DNA of 64,000 nucleotides from Chromatiales bacterium (GTDB lineage Bacteria > Pseudomonadota > Gammaproteobacteria > JAJPIJ01): NCBI GenBank assembly GCA_052388435.1, contig JBQTIC010000054.1, positions 2,739 to 66,738 of the forward strand, in the 5' to 3' direction. The stretch's first letter is position 1, and each line of letters opens with the position of its first letter. A program made the translations under genes and the position numbers. The notes beneath the pieces were generated by a model. It was not told the DNA's origin. It did not search any database and was given only the letters and a program-made list of their open reading frames with translations. This document shows, piece by piece, positions 39,606 through 47,799 of this stretch.

Positions 39606-39739
39606 CGTTACAGAGAGCTATCGAGCCGGTATGTCGCGTCCGGGCAAGGCGCGAGGCCGTGAGCGGCCCGGAGCATGCACGGCAGTATGTGAGGACCGCG
39701 AAGGAGCGAGTAAAACAGCATCGACGCGAAAGACCAGGC

Positions 39740-40993
39740 TCATCGATCGATTTCGCCGAAGACGATGTCCTGCGTGCCTATAATCGCCACCACGTCGGCG
39801 AGCATGTGCCCCTTGGCCATCTCATTGATCGATGCCAGATGCGGAAACCCCGCAGCGCGGATCTTGACGCGGTACGGCTTGTTGGCGCCGTCCGAGATCA
39901 GGTAGATGCCGAACTCGCCTTTCGGGTGTTCAACGGCCGCATATACTTCACCCTCCGGCACGCAATAGCCCTCAGTGAAGAGTTTGAAGTGATGGATGAG
40001 GGATTCCATGTCGCCCTTCATCTCCTCGCGCCGCGGCGGGACCAGCTTGTGATCGTCGATGATGACCGGCCCGGGATTCCTGCGCAGCCAGTCGATACAC
40101 TGTCTGATGATGCTGTTGGACTGCCGCATCTCCTCGATGCGAACGAGGTAGCGATCGTAGCAGTCGCCGTTGACGCCGACCGGGATATCGAAGCCAAGCT
40201 CGTCGTAGACTTCGTAGGGCTGCTTCTTGCGCAGGTCCCACTCCACGCCGGAGCCGCGCAGCATCGGCCCGGTGAAGCCGAGCGCCAGCGCGCGCTCGGG
40301 AGACACCACGCCTATCCCCACCGTGCGCTGCTTCCAGATGCGGTTGTCGGTGAGCAGCGTCTCGTACTCGTCCACACACTTCGGGAAGCGCGCGGTGAAG
40401 TCTTCGATGAAGTCGAGCAGTGAACCGGTGCGGTTTGCGTTGAGCTTCTTGATCTGCCCCTTGCTGCGAAAGCGTGAGGGCTGGTATTGCGGCATCTGCC
40501 CTGGCAGATCCCGGTAAACACCGCCCGGCCGGTAGTAGGTCGCGTGCATGCGCGTGCCCGAGACGGCCTCGTAGCAGTCCATCAGATCCTCGCGCTCGCG
40601 GAACGCATACAGGAAGACGGTCATCGCGCCGATGTCCAGCCCATGCGCGCCGAGCCACAGCAGGTGATTGAGGATGCGCGTCACCTCGTCGAACATCACG
40701 CGGATGTACTGCGCGCGTATCGGCGGCGTGATGCCGAGCAGCCGCTCGATGGCCATCACGTAGGCGTGCTCGTTGCACATCATCGAGACGTAATCGAGTC
40801 GATCCATGTAGCCGATGCTCTGGTTGAACGGCTTGCTCTCGGCGAGCTTCTCGGTCGCCCGGTGCAGGAGACCGATGTGCGGGTCGGCGCGTTCGATGAC
40901 CTCCCCGTCCATCTCCAGCACCAGACGCAGCACGCCGTGAGCCGCGGGGTGCTGCGGTCCGAAGTTGATCGTCATGTTGCGGATCTCAGGCAC
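39740..40993 (-). CDS. nuoD: NADH-quinone oxidoreductase subunit D
   Basis: 417 aa. [31 protein letters not shown]... is the classic NuoD/49-kDa N-terminus. Confidence 0.9.
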   Translation of the reverse strand: MPEIRNMTINFGPQHPAAHGVLRLVLEMDGEVIERADPHIGLLHRATEKLAESKPFNQSIGYMDRLDYVSMMCNEHAYVMAIERLLGITPPIRAQYIRVMFDEVTRILNHLLWLGAHGLDIGAMTVFLYAFREREDLMDCYEAVSGTRMHATYYRPGGVYRDLPGQMPQYQPSRFRSKGQIKKLNANRTGSLLDFIEDFTARFPKCVDEYETLLTDNRIWKQRTVGIGVVSPERALALGFTGPMLRGSGVEWDLRKKQPYEVYDELGFDIPVGVNGDCYDRYLVRIEEMRQSNSIIRQCIDWLRRNPGPVIIDDHKLVPPRREEMKGDMESLIHHFKLFTEGYCVPEGEVYAAVEHPKGEFGIYLISDGANKPYRVKIRAAGFPHLASINEMAKGHMLADVVAIIGTQDIVFGEIDR

Positions 40994-41678
40994 GCGTCCC
41001 GCCCTTCTGACGCGCAGCCTCGAAACGGTCGTCCTGGCGGATGACCTTTGGCACCAGCACGCGGTTCTCGATGGTCACTGGCTGGTAGATCACGCGCTTC
41101 TTCTCAGGGTCGTAACGCACCTCGACGTTGCCTTCCAGCGGAAAGTCCTTGCGGAACGGATGGCCAATGAAGCCATAGTCAGTCAGCAATCGGCGCAGGT
41201 CCGGATGACCCTCGAAAAGGATACCGAAGAGATCAAATGCCTCGCGCTCGTACCAGTTGGCCGAGTTCCAGATATCCACCACGCTGTCGATGGTCGGCGC
41301 ATCGGCATCGACAAAGACGCGCAGTCGCAGGCGCTGGTTATGCGTGTACGACAGAAGGTGGTAGACCACCGCAAAGCGCGGGCCTCGCCACGATGGAACG
41401 TTGCCGGCTCCAATTCTCACGCCGCGGCTGAAGCCCTCCACGGTTGCATCCTCCGTCTCCCAGTCGCTGCACCCATAATCCGCATAGTCGACGCCGCACA
41501 GATCAGACAACTGCTCGAAGGAGAACAGCGGGTCGTCACGCAGCACGCGGCAGACCGCCAACAGATGTTCGCGCGGCAGTTCGGCGCTCACCTGCCCGAC
41601 CGCCACTGCCAAGCGCGTCAAGCGGCCAGCAAATGCCTGCTCCAGCCTGGCCTTGAGATCTTCGACAGACAAAGACAT
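40986..41678 (-). CDS. nuoC: NADH-quinone oxidoreductase subunit C
   Basis: 30-kDa subunit ([26 protein letters not shown]). Start tentatively at ATG 41678 ([13 protein letters not shown]); the ORF track extends to 41816 with a non-conserved basic leader that would overlap nuoB. 3' end overlaps nuoD start by 8 nt. Confidence 0.8.
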   Translation of the reverse strand: MSLSVEDLKARLEQAFAGRLTRLAVAVGQVSAELPREHLLAVCRVLRDDPLFSFEQLSDLCGVDYADYGCSDWETEDATVEGFSRGVRIGAGNVPSWRGPRFAVVYHLLSYTHNQRLRLRVFVDADAPTIDSVVDIWNSANWYEREAFDLFGILFEGHPDLRRLLTDYGFIGHPFRKDFPLEGNVEVRYDPEKKRVIYQPVTIENRVLVPKVIRQDDRFEAARQKGGTRA

Positions 41679-41692
41679 GAGCCGGGAGTGAG

Positions 41693-42169
41693 TCAGCGGG
41701 CGATGGTGTTCGTCCGACGGATCTTGTTCTGCAGTTGCAGGATCCCAAAAAGCAGCGCCTCGGCGGTAGGCGGGCAGCCAGGCACGTACACGTCCACCGG
41801 TACGATGCGGTCGCAACCGCGCACCACCGAATAGGAATAGTGATAATAACCGCCGCCATTGGCGCAGGAACCCATGGAAATCACCCAGCGCGGCTCCGGC
41901 ATCTGGTCATAAACCTTGCGCAGCGCTGGCGCCATCTTGTTGACCAGAGTGCCGGCGACGATCATGACGTCGGACTGACGCGGGCTCGCGCGGAACACGA
42001 CACCGAAGCGATCGAGGTCGTAGCGCGCGGCGCCGGCATGCATCATCTCCACCGCGCAGCACGCCAGCCCGAAGGTCATGGGCCAGAGTGATCCGGTGCG
42101 CGCCCAATTTACCAGCTTGTCGACCGTGGTCGTGACCACGCCCTGGTCGAGGACGCCCTCGATGCTCAT
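41693..42169 (-). CDS. nuoB: NADH-quinone oxidoreductase subunit B
   Basis: 158 aa. N2 cluster motifs LACCAVEMM...[10 protein letters not shown]...GCPP. Confidence 0.9.
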   Translation of the reverse strand: MSIEGVLDQGVVTTTVDKLVNWARTGSLWPMTFGLACCAVEMMHAGAARYDLDRFGVVFRASPRQSDVMIVAGTLVNKMAPALRKVYDQMPEPRWVISMGSCANGGGYYHYSYSVVRGCDRIVPVDVYVPGCPPTAEALLFGILQLQNKIRRTNTIAR

Positions 42170-42217
42170 GCCGTCACCTCCACCGATTGTCGCCCGCTGT
42201 GCGGACCCCTTCCACCG

Positions 42218-42574
42218 CTACTCCCAATCCAACGCCCCCTTTTTCCACTCGTACACGAATCCTATGACAAGGATAGCGAGGAAAACCATCATCGCGATGA
42301 AGCCTGCGAAGCCGATCTCTCGCAGAGCCACTGCCCACGGAAAAAGGAAAGCGATCTCGAGGTCGAACACGATGAAAAGAATGGCCACCAGGTAGTACCG
42401 GACGTCAAACTTCATTCGCGCGTCCTCGAAGGCCTCGAAGCCGCATTCGTAGGGAGCGAGCTTCTCGTCGTAGGGCTCGCGCCTGCCGAGTAGAAAGCCA
42501 ATGGCGATGGCAACCGTGCCTACCAGGATGCCAACGACGATGAACACCAGAACAGGCAGATACTGCGCCACCAT
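42218..42574 (-). CDS. nuoA: NADH-quinone oxidoreductase subunit A
   Basis: 118 aa, 3 TM, ...[32 protein letters not shown] is the NuoA/ND3 signature. Confidence 0.9.
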   Translation of the reverse strand: MVAQYLPVLVFIVVGILVGTVAIAIGFLLGRREPYDEKLAPYECGFEAFEDARMKFDVRYYLVAILFIVFDLEIAFLFPWAVALREIGFAGFIAMMVFLAILVIGFVYEWKKGALDWE

Positions 42575-42713
42575 ACAGCCGTGCGTGCGGCACCTGGCCG
42601 CAACAGCTCCCTTCCGTCAAAAGACGGTCACATTGCAGTGCAATATAGTTTACTGCAATTCGGAGGTCGTCGGGACAGCAATTTTCGGATGATCATGTCG
42701 TGCAAGGCCGCCC

Positions 42714-42745
42714 GCTCAGCCGCTCAGCCGCTCAGCCGCTCAGCC
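42714..42745. repeat. perfect tandem repeat (GCTCAGCC)x4 plus a degenerate fifth unit, in the nuoA 5' leader
   Basis: cccGCTCAGCCGCTCAGCCGCTCAGCCGCTCAGCCaagc lies between tRNA-Leu and nuoA. The unit is 8 nt, not a multiple of 3, and lies outside any credible ORF. Confidence 0.8.
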
Positions 42746-42823
42746 AAGCATCAGGCCTCAGCTCTTCTGACTTAACGACGGCGGCGAGGGCGCCAGGGAC
42801 GAGGAGAAAATACTCGATAGCTT

Positions 42824-42908
42824 TGGTGCCGACGGAGAGACTCGAACTCTCACGGGTTGCCCCGCCACCCCCTCAAGATGGTGTGTCTACCAATTCCACC
42901 ACGTCGGC
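42824..42908 (-). tRNA. tRNA-Leu (anticodon GAG), class II tRNA with long variable arm (leuU-like position after secG)
   Basis: Reverse complement GCCGACG-TG-GTG-GAATTGGTAGA-CAC-A-CCATC-TT-GAG-GG-GGTGG-CGGGGCAACCCGTGA-GAGTT-CGAGTCT-CTCCG... acceptor pairs with CGTCGGC, then ACCA. 85 nt. secG-tRNA-Leu(GAG) synteny matches E. coli secG-leuU. Confidence 0.85.
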
Positions 42909-42950
42909 ACGGGTATGCATCGCTACGCCCGTTACAAACACTAGCAAAAA

Positions 42951-43445
42951 TCAGTTCTTCGGGGCAGGGGGTAATTCGGCAGATTCTGGCGGCGCTTCGG
43001 CGGCCGCCGCATCAGGCAGCTCCCCGGCACCACTGTTACCGACTTCCGGCACTTCACTCGATGCGGCATCCGCGCCCGCTCCCTCCCTCTTAGCTGCCGT
43101 GCCGGTCTCGGAGCCCGAGGGAGGCTGCTCGGCGGAATCGGCTTTCTCCGCTGTTCCCCTGGCCGCCTCCAGCGTCGTGACGGAGTCCATCACGCTGGTC
43201 GCTTTCTTCACCGTCTTGCCGGAAATGAACGAGAGAACAAAGCAGTTGGCGAAAAACAAGATCGCCAGGATGGCGGTTGTGCGAGTCAGGAACGACGCCG
43301 AGCCGCGCGCGCCGAACACGGTCGTGGAGGCGCCGCTGCCAAAGGCGGCACCCGTATCAGCGCCGCGCCCGCGCTGGATCAGGATGAGCGCGATCAGCGC
43401 CACCGCCATCAGCACCTGCACCATCAGAAGAATTGTCATCGACAT
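42951..43445 (-). CDS. secG: preprotein translocase subunit SecG
   Basis: MSMTILLMVQVLMAVALIALILIQRGRGADTGAAFGSGASTTVFGARGSASFLTRTTAILAILFF is the canonical SecG two-TM core, with an Ala/Pro/Glu-rich C-terminal tail. Confidence 0.9.
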   Translation of the reverse strand: MSMTILLMVQVLMAVALIALILIQRGRGADTGAAFGSGASTTVFGARGSASFLTRTTAILAILFFANCFVLSFISGKTVKKATSVMDSVTTLEAARGTAEKADSAEQPPSGSETGTAAKREGAGADAASSEVPEVGNSGAGELPDAAAAEAPPESAELPPAPKN

Positions 43446-43469
43446 GAATGTCGTCCCATCGTCGTCGCT

Positions 43470-44270
43470 CTAGGCTGCCGTAATGTCGGCTGCCCTGCAG
43501 ATGGCCATAAATTCACCAGCGTTCAGCGAGGCGCCACCGATGAGACCGCCGTCGACATCCGGCTCGGCGAAGAGGTCGCGGGCGTTCGCCGCCTTCACGC
43601 TGCCGCCGTAGAGGATGCGCGCCCGCGCCGAGACCGCTGCATCGCGGCGTGCGAGCAGGTCACGCACGAAGGCATGCACCGCCTGCGCCTGCTGCGGTGT
43701 CGCGTTACGCCCGGTGCCGATGGCCCATACCGGCTCATAGGCAATGACGGCCGTCGCGAAGGGGCTTGCTCCCGATCCCTCGAGCACCGTCTCGATCTGG
43801 CGCTGGACCACTATTTCGGTCTCGCCGGCGTCGCGCTCCGCGAGCGTCTCGCCCACGCACAGGATCGGCGTCAGTTCCCTCTGCAGCAGTTTCGCGAACT
43901 TCACGGCCACCAGTTGGTCGGTCTCGCCATAGTACTGACGCCGCTCGGAGTGGCCGATGATCACATAGCGGCAACCCGATTCCTTCAGCATCGCTGCCGC
44001 CACCTCGCCCGTGTACGCGCCCGCGTCGTGCTGAGAGCAGTTCTGCGCACCCAGCGCCACCGGCGTCCCTGCCAACTTTGCGGCAACATCGCGCAGGTGC
44101 ACGAACGCAGGACACACCGCCACGTCAACGTGCTCAAGCGAACCGGCCTCGCCGAGTATCCTGTCCATCAGCGCTGCGATGGCGGCGAGAGATCCGTTCA
44201 TCTTCCAGTTTCCCGCGACCAGCGGCCGCCGCACGCGCAAACCCTCTTGCACCGCAACGAAAGGGGGCAA
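43470..44270 (-). CDS. tpiA: triose-phosphate isomerase
   Basis: RPLVAGNWKMNGS...IIGHSERR...ILCVGETL...AYEPVWAIGTG...ILYGGSVK are the TIM catalytic motifs. The true start may be slightly internal to the 266-aa ORF. Confidence 0.9.
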   Translation of the reverse strand: MPPFVAVQEGLRVRRPLVAGNWKMNGSLAAIAALMDRILGEAGSLEHVDVAVCPAFVHLRDVAAKLAGTPVALGAQNCSQHDAGAYTGEVAAAMLKESGCRYVIIGHSERRQYYGETDQLVAVKFAKLLQRELTPILCVGETLAERDAGETEIVVQRQIETVLEGSGASPFATAVIAYEPVWAIGTGRNATPQQAQAVHAFVRDLLARRDAAVSARARILYGGSVKAANARDLFAEPDVDGGLIGGASLNAGEFMAICRAADITAA

Positions 44271-44838
44271 AGCTTACCGATCACCCGTGCTTAAATCAAA
44301 CGCGCTGGCGCTGCCGCGAGTCTGTGCGGCGCGCGGACTTCAGGTGACGGCGATCAGGCCGAAGCTGGCGGTCCAAACCGGTAGGGAGCTGGCACTGTCA
44401 AAGCCGGCGATTGGGGTCAAACGCAATGAGTTGCAACAGATCTTGCAATGCTGAGTGAATACCATCGCTGCCCGGAGTCCACCTCTCGTTCCGCCCTAAG
44501 CGGATGCTTAGGGGTCACGGACTTTGCCGGATCACCGGTTCCAGAGGCCGCAGGCGCGCCAAGCGCGCCCGGTCAAGCACCGGTGAAAAGCCGCGACGGG
44601 CTTGGCCTGGCCCGATCCACGGCGAATGCAACTCCGTGTGTCCGGGGCTCCTCCGAGCCTTCGAAGCGTCCATGGACTGCTGACTGATCAGGTCCCGATC
44701 CGCATCGCGGGCGTGCTGTCAAGTAACCAAATCAGAGACTTGTGCGCCGACGGTGAATAATTTTCCTAACGGAAACAAACTATCTCGTCACGATTTTATC
44801 ATTTGACCTGGTCTTTGCTGTGATGCAGCATAGCACCC

Positions 44839-45864
44839 ATGAGAAGCAACGAGAAAACCGTCAACCTCGCCCTGCAAGGCGGCGGCGCGCATGGCGCGTT
44901 CACGTGGGGGGTCCTCGACCGCCTGCTCGAAGACACCCGCGTGCGGATCGAAGGCATCAGCGCCACCAGCTCCGGCGCAATGAACGCGGTCATGATCGCC
45001 AACGGACTCGCCACGGGCGGGCGGGTCGGTGCGCGCGAGAAGCTCGCCGCCTTCTGGGAGATGATTGCCCGCAGGTCGCCTTTTGATCCTACCGGGAGCG
45101 GCATGTTGGCAATGTTCGGTGCGCCGCAGGCGGATCCGCCGCCCTGGATGCAGGCCTACATTGGGCTGTCGCGGACGCTGTCGCCTTACGTGGTTAACCC
45201 GCTCGACATCAACCCCCTGCGCGACATTCTGAGCCAGATCGTGGAGTTCGACCGGCTGCGCGACGGTTGCCCCATTAAACTCTTCGTCTCCGCCACACGC
45301 GTCAACAGCGGCAAGATCCGCATCTTCCGCAACAACGAGCTCAAGGTGGAGGTTCTGCTCGCCTCCGCCTGTGTGCCCTCGCTGCACCACGCCGTGGAGA
45401 TCGACGGCGAGGCGTACTGGGATGGTGGTTTCTCCGGCAACCCCGCCCTGTTTCCGCTCATCTTCGAGTGCCGTGGCGAAGACATCGTCATCGTGATGCT
45501 GCATCCGCTGGAGCGCAGCAAGGTGCCGACCAGCGCCAAGGCCATCTGGGAGCACATGACGGACCTTGCCTTTAACTCCGCCTTCCTGCGCGAAGTGCAG
45601 GCCATCGCGCACATGAAGACGCACGCCGACAGGCTGTGGGGGTTCGGTCCGATCGAACGCCGGTTCCGCCGCCTCAAGCTGCATCTCATCGAGGGCGAGG
45701 CGCTGCTCGGACAGCTCAGCCACAGCAGCCGCTTCAACGCCCGTCTCTCGTTTCTAGAGCATCTTCGCGACCAGGGCCGCGAGCATGCCAGCCAGTGGTT
45801 GGAGGGCCAGTTCTCGCAAGTCGGTTCGCGCTCGACCCTCAACATCGCCGAGCACTTTGCATGA
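44839..45864 (+). CDS. patatin-like phospholipase family protein
   Basis: Oxyanion hole LALQGGGAHGAF, nucleophile elbow GISATSSGA (G-x-S-x-G), catalytic Asp region DGGFSGNP. 341 aa. Stop overlaps phaC start. Confidence 0.8.
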   Translation: MRSNEKTVNLALQGGGAHGAFTWGVLDRLLEDTRVRIEGISATSSGAMNAVMIANGLATGGRVGAREKLAAFWEMIARRSPFDPTGSGMLAMFGAPQADPPPWMQAYIGLSRTLSPYVVNPLDINPLRDILSQIVEFDRLRDGCPIKLFVSATRVNSGKIRIFRNNELKVEVLLASACVPSLHHAVEIDGEAYWDGGFSGNPALFPLIFECRGEDIVIVMLHPLERSKVPTSAKAIWEHMTDLAFNSAFLREVQAIAHMKTHADRLWGFGPIERRFRRLKLHLIEGEALLGQLSHSSRFNARLSFLEHLRDQGREHASQWLEGQFSQVGSRSTLNIAEHFA

Positions 45865-47645
45865 CCATGGACGCCGCTGCTAGCACCGAGCGGAGTGCGC
45901 CGCCGCCAGCGCGCATGTGGCAGCGGCTCATGGGATACCAGTGCGCGCGTGACTGGATCGAGTGGCAGCGGCAGGTTTGGGCCGAGCACCCGCTCGCGAA
46001 GCTCATTCCGCTCGACACCGCGGAGGTGTCGCGGGCTTGGATCGATCTTGCCGAGCTCCTGGCCGCGCAACCGGCGCTCGCAGAGAAACACCTGAGCACC
46101 CTGCTCTATGAGCAGTCCAGGCTGGCACTGTGGACCTGGCGGCGGCTGCAGGGTGACGCCGCCGAGGAGCCGATCCCGGCGTCGGTGAAGGACCACCGCT
46201 TTCAGGACCCGGACTGGTCGCAATTGCTTCCTTTCAGCACGCTGCGCCAGTGGTATCTGCTGTGGTCGAAATGGATCAGCCACGCGACCGAGGAGGCCGG
46301 GAGCGGGAACGTCGATACGCAACGTATCGCCTTCTATTTGCGTCAGTGGCTCGATGCCCTGTGCCCCGCGAACTTCCCCGTCACCAACCCCGTGGTCATG
46401 CGCGAGACGCTGGCGAGCGGCGGCGAAAACCTTAAGCGGGGTCTGAAGAATCTGGCCGAGGATCTGGAGCGTGGCGCAATCAGCGTGGTCCCAGGCGAAC
46501 GTTTCAGACCAGGCGAGAACCTGGCGCTCACACCTGGCGACGTTGTCTATCGCAACGAGCTGATGGAACTAATGCAGTACCGGCCGGCCACCAAGAAGAC
46601 CTACGCCGTGCCGCTGCTCATCATTCCGCCGTGGATCAACCGCTACTACGTGCTGGACATGCGTCCTGGCATGAGCATGGTGGAACATCTGGTCGCGAAG
46701 GGATTCGCCGTATTCCTCATCAGCTGGCGCAATCCCGACAAGTCACAGGCCAGCCTCGGCTTCGAAGACTACTTGCGGCTTGGACCCCTGGAGGCGCTCA
46801 AGGTCATCAAGGGCATCACGCGCTCGCGCAAGGTGAATCTCGCCGGCTATTGCATCGGCGGCACCTTGCTAGGCATCGCGCTCGCGTACCTCGCGGCCAG
46901 GCGCGACTTCACCGCCGGCAGCGCCACGTTCCTCACCTCACTGCTCGACTTCGCAGAGGTGGGCGAGACCGCGCTCTTCCTCTCCGAGCAGCAGCTCGCC
47001 GAGATAGAGCGGCGCATGAATGCCAAGGGCTACCTGAGCCCGGACGAAGTCAGCTCGATCTTCCGCCTGATGCGTTCCAACGATCTCATCTGGAACTTCG
47101 TGGTCAACAATTATCTCCTGGGCAAGGAACCGCCGTCATTCGACCTGATGCACTGGAGCGTGGACGGCACGCGGCTGCCGCGCGCGATGCACGAGTACTA
47201 TCTTTACAACATGTATCTGCGGAACAATCTGAGCAAGCCGGATGCGCTCGAAATGCTCGGCAAGAAGATCAACCTCGGCCGGGTGCGCTGTCCCGCCTAC
47301 ATCGTCGCCGGCTCGGAGGATCACATCGTGCCGTGGCGCGCGGCGTTCCGCACCACCACACTGCTCAGCGGGCCCGCGCGTTTCGTGCTGGGCAATGCCG
47401 GGCACATCACCAGCATCGTCTCTCCGCCCGGTCCCGGCAAGGCCGCTTACCTAACGGGGAAGGTCGATACCGGCGACGCTGATGGCTGGCAGCAGGCGGC
47501 GACGCGGTACACAGGGAGCTGGTGGTCGGACTGGGTGAAGTGGCTGGCCAGGCATTCCGGCGAGAACACCGCTCTGACCCCGCGCGGCAGCAGGAGGTAT
47601 CCGCCAATCGAGCCTGCGCCCGGCCGCTACGTGCTGGAGACTTAG
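45861..47645 (+). CDS. phaC: class I poly(R)-hydroxyalkanoate synthase
   Basis: 594 aa from ATG 45861 (ATGA overlap with the patatin gene). Lipase-box GYCIGGT with catalytic Cys, alpha/beta-hydrolase core, conserved PhaC N-domain (WQRQVWAEHP...). ORF-track start 45636 is inside the patatin gene. Confidence 0.9.
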   Translation: MTMDAAASTERSAPPPARMWQRLMGYQCARDWIEWQRQVWAEHPLAKLIPLDTAEVSRAWIDLAELLAAQPALAEKHLSTLLYEQSRLALWTWRRLQGDAAEEPIPASVKDHRFQDPDWSQLLPFSTLRQWYLLWSKWISHATEEAGSGNVDTQRIAFYLRQWLDALCPANFPVTNPVVMRETLASGGENLKRGLKNLAEDLERGAISVVPGERFRPGENLALTPGDVVYRNELMELMQYRPATKKTYAVPLLIIPPWINRYYVLDMRPGMSMVEHLVAKGFAVFLISWRNPDKSQASLGFEDYLRLGPLEALKVIKGITRSRKVNLAGYCIGGTLLGIALAYLAARRDFTAGSATFLTSLLDFAEVGETALFLSEQQLAEIERRMNAKGYLSPDEVSSIFRLMRSNDLIWNFVVNNYLLGKEPPSFDLMHWSVDGTRLPRAMHEYYLYNMYLRNNLSKPDALEMLGKKINLGRVRCPAYIVAGSEDHIVPWRAAFRTTTLLSGPARFVLGNAGHITSIVSPPGPGKAAYLTGKVDTGDADGWQQAATRYTGSWWSDWVKWLARHSGENTALTPRGSRRYPPIEPAPGRYVLET

Positions 47646-47799
47646 GGAAGCTCTGAATAAGCCCATCCTGGACTTCTCAGAGCACGCAAAGCAAAAAGCG
47701 TGGTTTTTGCGTTGCTTCATCTTCAACGGCTTGCAGCCTTCGAAGATGGCGGCACATCCCTGTGCCGCAGGAACCTCTGACTTAATCAGAGGTTCCTTA
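47642..47799. repeat. 158-bp MITE-like repeat, copy B (between convergent phaC and glnE)
   Basis: See copy A (25459-25616). Begins on the phaC TAG stop and ends 2 nt after the glnE stop, so it fills the whole convergent intergenic gap. Contains the 11-bp-stem palindrome GGAACCTCTGA/TCAGAGGTTCC, a plausible bidirectional terminator. Confidence 0.65.

Noticed and set aside
42700-43473. 257-aa plus-strand ORF starting at the tandem octamer repeat
   Set aside because: Runs through the (GCTCAGCC)n repeat and tRNA-Leu, and lies antisense to secG. Artefact.
44271-44838. 570-bp tpiA/patatin divergent intergenic region with 79-aa ORF 44448-44687
   Set aside because: The ORF has no RBS and Pro/Ala/Ser-rich composition. 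The region is most likely divergent promoter DNA (a TTGACC -35-like hexamer near 44794). No gene called.
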